NCBI GenBank assembly: GCA_028023455.1
Contig: JAQFVV010000009.1
Coordinates: 12,896,001 to 12,960,000, forward strand
Reading direction: 5' to 3'
DNA from: Epiperipatus broadwayi
Taxonomy: Eukaryota; Animalia; Onychophora
Length of the DNA: 64,000 bases
Every line of letters begins with the position of its first letter. Position 1 is the stretch's first letter. The notes under the pieces were generated by a model. The model saw only the letters and a list, made by a program, of their open reading frames with translations, was not told the origin of the DNA and made no database searches. Positions 54,883 to 64,000 of this stretch are shown piece by piece. The translations under genes and the position numbers were made by a program.

Positions 54883-56218
54883 TGTATCATCCATAAGTAT
54901 CTTAGGGTTTATATGATTTATGTTCTTTGTATTCAGTGACCAAATTACATTCGCAATGATAATTCCCTCATTAGAATATGTCAGGTAATTTTATCGAACA
55001 CAATTATTTTTTCTGGTCACACAACCCCACTTAACTTAACTAAACTTGAGTAATAGTTGAGGACAGAATCAGCTTTTAATTTATTTGTAAGGTGCCAGAA
55101 TTCTATGCAAGAATCCACTGGCCTACCCTCTATCTTTATTAGTTACTATTATAAAATTATTTGCTATCCTGGAGGCTTGTATTTTTTAATACGGCATCGG
55201 CAATTTATTTGATAAAGTAATATAATTGTTGAATTTAAATAATATTATCCTATTAATAACAAACGTAAATAGACAACAATTCAAGTTATATTCCTACGAT
55301 TTATGAAATTATAATTATGATTTGATTATTTTAAAAACTAAATGGAGAATAACAGTATAAAAATAAATAAATTCAAATGGCTATTAAACACTACTGTTTT
55401 TAAGATTCAGATTCTTTTTTTTAATAGTCTGATTCAACACAGCATTTGCTATACTTATAGAAAGTGATCACTTTTAAGTTATGAAATAAAGTCTCTTATC
55501 AGTAAGTTGAATTGTTCAATTTATAACACTGAAGTTTACCATGCATGGTTGCTTTTGTTTTCCTGGGAGGGTTCTGTAATATTCTCTTATCGCAGCTTGT
55601 AGGTAGACTGGGGTTCAAAGATTTAGGCAGGTGATGGCTTCACTCTCGGCCTTCTAAGACTTTAGGAGGATAGAAACATCAGCAAATGAACCTTCTTTAC
55701 TCACATATTACAATGATTCAATACATTGGTGAGAATAATTTGGCACAATTTTTATGATTTCATAAAAAAATCAATTTAATAGTAAACTGTTTCCTTTAGA
55801 AGACAAAGATCTAAGACTCAAGATGCATGATGTATTTGCTTTTTATACTGCCTCCCTAATTTTACTCAGCTACACACATCCTGTTGACACTTTTTAACTT
55901 TGACAAACTTAAAAGTAATTTTGTTCACAAAGTTATCTTTTCCCTCTTTGGTGGCCATCTTTGATGATGGCGACAGAATGCCATGACTTTAGCTTTCAAG
56001 TATTGCTAATTAATTTGTGATAAGAATATATATCCTTATCTTAGCAAAATCAAAGTAAGATCGGGTTATTCTCTTTATCTCTCTAACTTAAAAAAAAAAA
56101 ATCTACGTTGTCTAAAAAATAATACAATGAGAAGATATTAAAAATATTTTCTTATTGGTAATTTGATAATTTATGATTCTAAACTATCAATGCAATCTTG
56201 TACCAAAACTACAGTACA
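54883..56218 (-). repeat. 5' LTR (1336 bp)
   Basis: Homologous to 51931-53274. Ends CAGTACA, followed by ATAT. Confidence 0.85.
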
Positions 56219-56431
56219 ATATATATAATATTTTTGAAATACAAGCATAATTCATATACTTGGAGTTTAAATGTAATATAAGGGATTTGAAAATACAGAA
56301 TTTATCAACAAGGGATTTGGCATTCCATCATCATATTTTCAATGGCATGAATGGCTGAAGAGTTGGAGTAGACTGAAGTCTATCCATTAAAGCTTGAAGA
56401 TTTGCTATCTTAATATAAACTGGATACTGAT

Positions 56432-56545
56432 TCTATATATGTGTGAGAGATGATGATCTGGATCAATTGATGAATGCTGGTTCAGCAAGAAATATGTATA
56501 TTGCAAATCATTTATCTTTTTCACATGTGCGTGGTTATGTCTATC
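56432..56545 (+). mobile_element. Hammerhead-motif repeat family, copy D (partial)
   Basis: 56463-56504 reads TCAA TTGATGA ATGCTG GTT CAGCAA GAAA T ATGT ATA TTGC. The flanks match copies B and C. Confidence 0.75.
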
Positions 56546-59500
56546 AGTTATATGAGATAGACTGGATAGCTGAAGGAAGTTTGAAAGTCTGTTCAAATCC
56601 CCTATATATATATAGAGAGAGAGAGAGAAAGAGAGAGAATTGTACTTCATTGCAAGGATATAAATCATATATATTTAAATATTAATAATGATATCTTATT
56701 ACTACTATTATTGTCTGATAGTTGAATAATTAAAAAAATGACTTTTTATTAGAACTTTAACAAATAAATAAATAAATAAATTTAAATTGAATTCATATAT
56801 GCTTATCATGTTATTTAATATCATGTCATAAAAAGCAGGAACAATTATCATTATTAAAATTAAATGGTTCTTTTCAATCAAACTGAAGTTATTGAGATTT
56901 CTTGAAACAAAATATATGGAGAAAAAACTGATTAAAGTCTCAATGTGTGAAAAGTTCTTACTTTTAAATGCCTCTTTCAACAAACATGTTATCTCAATTT
57001 CAATGATATGTAATGCCCTATTGGACATAGTTGATTTCTTATATTAAAAGAAAAAAAATTAATATCATCATAATATTATTAATATTTTGATATTACCCAA
57101 TCAGTTAAAATAGTGTCTCTCTGGAACATCATTTTATAACAAGCAAAACAAATACATTTTAATCCAAAAGAATTGCCCTATTTTTTATTGCTTAATTAGA
57201 GAACTGATGACCTTTTTCTATGAATTAAGCAATCTCTAGTCACTTTAAAAATGACATAATGATCTGCACATTCAGACAAGTATTGCATAAAGAATAACAG
57301 AGAAGCTCATTAAATAATCTGAAGATGGAATTTCACAGGCATATTAATTTTATTTTGATTCAGCTTTATTTGCTCTATCATCTTTATAATATAAAAAAAT
57401 AACTTTCAAATTTGATATATTTTTTTCATTCACATACGATAATGTGCTTATCCAAAGAACCCAATAATGGGGGTAAGTAAATTGACCTACTATTATTGCC
57501 AAGATGTAAAAAGTTTCTAAGTTTGACAAAAATTAAGAACTGAAGCTATTACACTCAGAAGTTTGGAATACAGATTGTGATATAGATTTATGTCTTGAAT
57601 CTCACAGGTACATTTTTAACAAAATAATTCAGTCCACTATATATGTATTCATTAATAATTCTATGTGCTTTGATTCAAAAAAGAAGTAACAGTTTAAATT
57701 TTAATACATACAGGGATTAACTTAATTTTTAAAATTAAAAACCCTTATATTAAAAAAAACAAACAAACAAATACATGCTTGAGCCTTATACATTTTTTCT
57801 CTCTATATTATATAATAATAGTTAATTTTAAGAAATTTAATAAATGACAAAGTGGTGGATACATATACTGCTGCTACATATAATAGTATGCAAAATTCTA
57901 TAGCAAGTATAAAACAAATAGAAAATGTTACGTATTTTATTTCCAAATTTGGCTAAATCAGATTTAAAAAAAAAAAACCAGCAATCCTAATTGTAATTTT
58001 TGATTCTATTTTATAAGTATGAAAAAATTATTCTAAAACTGATTTATGGAAACTGAAATAAATATTGCCAAGCCCAAAATAGTTTGAAATACAATAACAA
58101 GTAGCTAAAAATGAGAAACGTTCTCTTCCATATGATATATAAACTGAACTTGTGCAAGTAATTTACCAATTTAAAAATCAGGCTTATAATAGGTTCAAGC
58201 TTTAATCTTGGCAAGTTGATGAAAGTCCGTTTAGTTAAAAAATAAGTTCTAAGCACAGGTGGACCACCTACGCTTCTACAACCTTCGTTGACGGAGTTTG
58301 CGTCAATTATAGCTGCATGTGTGAAGACTAGTTTCCTTACACAAAATAATATATATATAATCGCTATATTATTAATTATTAAATATATACCATTGTAATT
58401 TTACTTTCCTTTTAATAAGTAAATATAAAAAATGATTAAAAAAAAAACAACAAATTAAATTATTTTATCTTTTTGCTCAGATGTATCAACTACAGATATT
58501 TTCTAATAGCTTTTATTGATTTAATAAAATGTATATACATCTATATTGTACAGATAATGTAAAGTGAATGATAAAGTCTGTTTAGAAAATGTTTAAAAAC
58601 TTGTTAACAAGTTTATTTGCAGTGTTTAAAATTGCACTAGTTAAATAAATCTGCATCTTGGAGAAGAATGAAAGACTTTATTTATATTCCCAATTCAATT
58701 AAGATAAGATTAAAAAAACAAAACAAAAACAAATTGTCTTAAAAGCTTTAAAATATTGCAGCAACTTCTTTTAAAATAAATTACAATTAATACAATAAAT
58801 TAAACATAATATATTAATTAAAAAAAAAAAAAAAGAATATCGTACTCTTATGAGACATTAAAAAAAAAATTAAACCAACAGTTTAAATTCTTTTTTTTTC
58901 TTTTTATGTTATTCTAAAATTTAAAGTGCATAATACAATATATATATTCCACAATGTTTTTCTCGTAATGAAAAAAGAATTAATAATTTAATACATTAAA
59001 GAAACTGAGCACATTAATTATCCAATGAAATCTTTAGTAGAGGAGTTCTTGCATTCCATAATTGATTGTCTTTTTTTTTCATTCTAATGACTTTGGAACA
59101 ATTATTTACATCTAATTATATTTTGGCTGATTCTAAATAGAAATTTGCATAATAATTAGAAAATAAAAAAGCAAATTTTAAGTAAAAAAGTAAATTAATA
59201 ACAATAATAATTTTGGCAAAAATTAAATCATTTTTATTTAATAAACTAAAATTATCAAAAAACTCATTTACATTAAATAAAAATATTTACTAATTGGCAT
59301 TAATTAAATGTAGCAAGTATAAAAATTATATTATGCAGAAATTTGCAATAATATATATTTAACTGAACATAAAATATCAGAAGCTTCTAATGAGTTATAT
59401 CACGTCTGTAATCCTATCACAAACATCCATCAGCCCAGAAGTCAGTTCAACCTCTCCACCATAGATACATTACAAACATACACTTTGTCAAACAATACAT

Positions 59501-61430
59501 ATTATTTTTAGAGCAACCTTAAATTTAATATATATATTATTAAATAGAATTCCATCACACACTACTGAAACACACGATCAAAGACATGTAAAAAAACAAC
59601 AACAAATGGCCCCCGTGATTTATATATATATATATAGCACCCGCATATCTGGATTGAATAAACTAATGACATCTATGATACCTTTAATAATATAGTTATG
59701 GAAAACCAAAATTTGCTTCAAAAACTGTTTGGATTCTATGTGGGTTAAAATTATATAATACTTCGACATTATTTAAATTAATATACTGTACAGGCTTACA
59801 CACACCTGCACATATATAATGTAATATATAAGAATTCGAACTCAGACTTTCACACGACCCTCAACTCATTAGGTGGAAAATATTCACCATCTAATTGCTG
59901 TTCAAGAGATCAAAAGGACTCAGTAATATGTAAATCATGTGTAATACTAAATTCTCAAAATATTACTATTGCTACACCAGCAGTTATGAATCACACGATA
60001 ATCACTTAGAACGATTTATTATATATAATGTGTAAACTATTGGTGCTATTGTTTTAAAATTAATATTACAGTCAGTGTAGTTAATTTTAACATGATAGTA
60101 ATATGTTTTTCATCATTACATATTGGAACCCATCCACATACATTCTAAGAATCAAATAATTCTATAACTCTATAGCAACAATGTATGTAATGTTAATTAT
60201 GTTTGACAACCACTAGTGATAATTGTTGTCTATTTACATATATATATAGGAATGTACATTTTAACAAATATCCTTTAGTTAATTTAATCAAAGTAAGTTT
60301 TCAAGTATTTGTTACTTACTTTATTAATTCTCACGAATTCCAATTCTAACAGATCAATAGTATTAGGAAAAAACTTTTCTTCATTCCTAGAAAGTTATTC
60401 CTAGCACCATTTCATAAAGTACTGTTTAAATTTGTATTCTTAGAATATGTAATTTTCACCACAAGTTTTGATATTCATAACTCAACCTACAAACACTTTT
60501 CAGTGTTAAATAATCTAAAAATTTGGAACTGTCCAGTATCATACCACCAATGTAATTGTTGTTTCCCCAAATATGTTTAATTCCTTTGGATAAATATTAT
60601 CTTAATGATGTAAATAACTCATTAAAGTTGCTCTAAAAATTAAGATACAAGAATATATTGTGTTAAAGACGTAGCAAATAATGACATTTAACTGATAAGA
60701 ATAAAGTATGATATCAATTATTCTTAGTTTTCTACTGATTTCTTAGACTCACTTGCCTTTGTTCAAAAAAAAAATAATGTTTTTTTAAATACAGAAAAGA
60801 ATTTGTCAGATAAGGATTTTTTTTACTTCACAAAATTAAAGATATATTGATCAAAAAGTCAGCAGTGAGAACAATATATATATTTTTAATTAATGAGAAA
60901 TTCTATATATTTAATTAGATCCATCTTTTTTTTTTCACACCAAAATATATAATAAAAATAAATTACACATATCTACAATCCCAATAAAAAATATGATTAC
61001 GAGATAGATATCTACTATATATAGATATATTTCTATCTTAAAAATATGGAAGTCAAGATAATATATTGTTTATGCAAAAGTTTTGGTCAACTACAGAGGT
61101 GAAAATGATATCTAAATAAAAATTTTTGAGATAAGAAGAACTACTCTACTAATACATGTTACTTTGTAATTGCTTGTTTTAGAAACTTTCAAACAACATT
61201 TGTTTGGGAATGTTTCCTATGACTTTTCCAGAAAAAGATGAAAGATCTGAGAGCTGCTTCAAACATTAGTATATAAAAATCTTTTTAAATATACAGTGAA
61301 GCTGTGATATGCTCTGTATTAATATGCAATACTTCAATTATACATTATCCAATATAGATAAACAAAAGATTAAAATAAAAATATTAAAATTAATGAATTT
61401 GTAATGTTTATGAGTCTGTATTACTTAGAG

Positions 61431-61880
61431 CAGTGGTGGGCAAATAGCGGCCTGCCTGTCAGAAAAATCCACCTTGAACTGAGATTTCCTTTCCATGTAT
61501 GACCGAAGATTTGTCTCATATTTTCCACTAGGATAGCCACATCAGTACACATGTGCAGTGTAGATACGATGTGTAGTGCTTTTCCAGTTGATCTGTTTAA
61601 TTTCAATTTTGTCTTTGCATTAGCAAATATATACATTTCCAACTTTAGTGAAACCCTGAACCCTCCAAAAAAATATAAAATTGTTGATGAATGTTGTGTG
61701 TTTAATGAAGAATAGATAAACAAATATTTCTTTGGTAATACAGGGAATAAAGCAGTGTGTTTATTGTGTCATGAAAAAAAGGTGCAGCCCTCCGCTAACC
61801 TTCGCTTCCACAATGTAACCCCCGATGCGGCCCTTCACCAACCTCTGCAGCCCCCAAGCCAAAACAATTGCTCACCCCTG
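61431..61880 (+). mobile_element. hAT (Charlie/Buster/SPIN-like) deletion derivative, 450 bp
   Basis: TIRs CAGTGGTGGGCAA and TTGCTCACCCCTG, perfect 8-bp TSD ACTTAGAG. Internal KIVDECCVFNEE*INKYFFGNTGNKAVCLLCHEK matches the N-terminus of SPIN/GTF2IRD2-type transposases. Confidence 0.88.
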
Positions 61881-62944
61881 ACTTAGAGTATAGCAGCAGC
61901 TATTTTTGAATCTTGGGATGATCTTTATCAAATTTAAAGTTGTCAACAGTTATAATCATAAAATTATTTGATCTTGTTTATTAATTACATTTATTCCATA
62001 TTAAGTAAGCTGAAGCCACATACATTTTTCCCTGTGTTTTTTTCCCTTTCCTAAAGTCTGATATAGAATAGATTTCATTTAATAAAATCATTTTTGAGCA
62101 AAAAGCTGGAATCTACAAAATTTAACAGAATTTGTAATGAACTTTTCATAAGTAATAAATAAACATTATTGACTTTATAGTGAAAGAATAAAAAGGTGTT
62201 TTAAAGTGAACCATATATTAAAAAAAATGAATCACTTATTAGAGAAATAATGAAAAGAAAAAAAAACATATTTGTGTCATTATTGTTTGTGCTCCTGAAA
62301 TGGCTAAAGTTGTAACTATATTAAAATAATTTTTTTTAGAAAGACAGAATTTATAAATAGAAGATAAGAATTAATAAAACATTTTTGTAAAACATTATTG
62401 TATTGCATCAAAAAGCTTAAAATCTATATGGAGAATTTAGCTGAGAATCTGAAATGAGTAATTCCAAGTCATTCAATGCTTGTAAGGGGTGGCTGTATAA
62501 ATTTTGAAAGTGATATGAAATTAAAAACTTCAAAACAAATGGGAAAGCCATATCTGCCAATAATGATACTGCTACTATTATAGAATTAAAAAAAAAATAT
62601 TGAAAAAAGAATATCATTCAGAGTGTTTAATTTTAATGATGCTAGGTTATTCTGATAAAGATCAATAGTCAGATTATTTTCTTATTCATTTTATTAAAAA
62701 AAAAACCAAAAATACAGTACAGTAAGCTTTTATTATTATTTATTTTTTGAGTGAATATAAATAAATAAACACCCAAATATGTATTTACATATAAATGTGT
62801 TTTTTCAATTTACTATTAATAACTACATTATATTTTTTAAATATTTTATTTATACTATAATCTTAATTTGTATATGCATAATATACATGTAAAAGATATA
62901 TTGTAAACAAAGCATATAAACAAATTGTGAGCTATTGTTTACTG

Positions 62945-63343
62945 CAGGGGTCCCCAACCTTTTTGCACTTAAGAGCACATTCTATAATACCGGCCAGGTG
63001 GCGGGCACCAGTTATTTTTTTCAACCAGATTGCGGGCACTATTTATTTTTTCAATGTAAATTTATAGTTGGATATTGTTAATAATACGCATAATGAACAA
63101 AAAAAATATTTATTTCAAAAATAAAATTTTAACAGATAATAAACGTTTATATTTTTACGCTGTAAAAATATAGTATGCCCTACAATTTGATTACAATATA
63201 ATACAATAATTTATAAGAAATTTTAAAAATTAAATTTATTTGTATCAGATAAATAATTTTTTATCGTGTTCGATAGTGGCGGGCACATATAAAATGGTCT
63301 GCGGGCGCCATGGTGCCCGCGGGCATAGGGTTGGGGACCCCTG
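62945..63343. mobile_element. Young hAT (Charlie-type) MITE, 399 bp
   Basis: Perfect 15-bp TIRs CAGGGGTCCCCAACC / GGTTGGGGACCCCTG, perfect 8-bp TSD GTTTACTG, repeated GCGGGCRC subterminal motifs, CpGs intact. Confidence 0.95.
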
Positions 63344-64000
63344 GTTTACTGTATATAAAATAAAGGAGACTCTGGAACAATATCTAAGATATAATGACTC
63401 CAAGGCATTATTAAGAATTACCAAAATGTCAGCTGATACAAAAACTAGAGACTAATGTCAATATATATATATATTCAGTTTAAAGTAAAAGAAATTACGC
63501 AAGAAAAGAAAACAAAATGATGCAGCTTTCAGTCCTACAATTAGGCAAATTTCTAAATTGTTTGTAAAAAAAGTCTTAATTCTTCATAATTGAACTTAAT
63601 TAAAACGTTCACAAGCATTTATTGTTAAAGATTTATAGAAACACAAAAATGTGATATTATAGTCAGTCAATAGCTTAATTATTAATGTCATTGTAATTTA
63701 AGAGTAAAGTTTCAACTGATAATAAAAAGCATATATTTGGCTCAAAGAGTTAATGATGAGGAGTGAATAATAAGCAAAGAGCAAAAAAAAAAAAAAGCAA
63801 AAGTGAATAAAAGTTAAATTGCCATAGTTAAAGTAATTCAATTGTCCAATTTATGTGCTTCATTGCATAGTGATTGGTGAATTTTTGGCCAAATTGTGAT
63901 ATGAATTTGGACTGAATAAACCTCAAAAATTTTTTTCAGACTTCAAGCAGGTTAATAATTTTTTTTCAGATAGATGACCTATATTTAATTCATTGTTAAT

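Larger units (their letters stand above)
51931..56218 (-). mobile_element. Non-autonomous gypsy-type LTR element: 1.34-kb LTRs, gag and protease relic, no RT/RH/INT
   Basis: Direct repeats 51931-53274 and 54883-56218. Outer termini TGTACTGT...ACAGTACA, ATAT TSD, and PPT-like GATGGTGGAG on the minus strand at about 53279-53288. Confidence 0.85.

Noticed and set aside
53526-54939. Plus-strand ORFs (139, 64 and 97 aa) as genes
   Set aside because: They are antisense shadows of the purine-rich gag/protease strand.
59420-59450. CATCAGCCCAGA similar to hammerhead copy A
   Set aside because: No helix II or GAAA follows and the flanks do not align.
1683-63455. The remaining 60-120-aa ORFs in the ORF track
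   Set aside because: Composition (F/I/L/K/N/Y-rich) reflects AT-rich non-coding DNA, many begin at non-ATG codons, and I recognise no domains.

Overview
Very AT-rich, largely CpG-depleted eukaryotic DNA, most likely from an insect (the species cannot be determined). I found no host exon, RNA gene or CRISPR array I can support; the window looks like a large intron or intergenic region filled with transposable-element relics. LTR elements: a decayed full-length Ty3/gypsy retrotransposon (40784-47454, minus; gag-PR-RT-RH-INT), a diverged solo LTR of the same family (51653-51922), a pol-less element with 1.34-kb LTRs and only gag/protease inside (51931-56218), and a probable 2.06-kb solo LTR (13608-15664). 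All four are flanked by ATAT. Other TEs: Penelope-like fragments, two hAT elements with perfect 8-bp TSDs, a Tigger/pogo element, a piggyBac transposase relic and LINE fragments. The most notable observation is a four-copy dispersed repeat (about 6.3, 31.5, 36.2 and 56.5 kb). Its copies align to a minimal type-I hammerhead ribozyme consensus, and the most complete copy (31376-31699) has about 60-bp terminal inverted repeats. All alignments, translations and identity figures were done by eye and are approximate.
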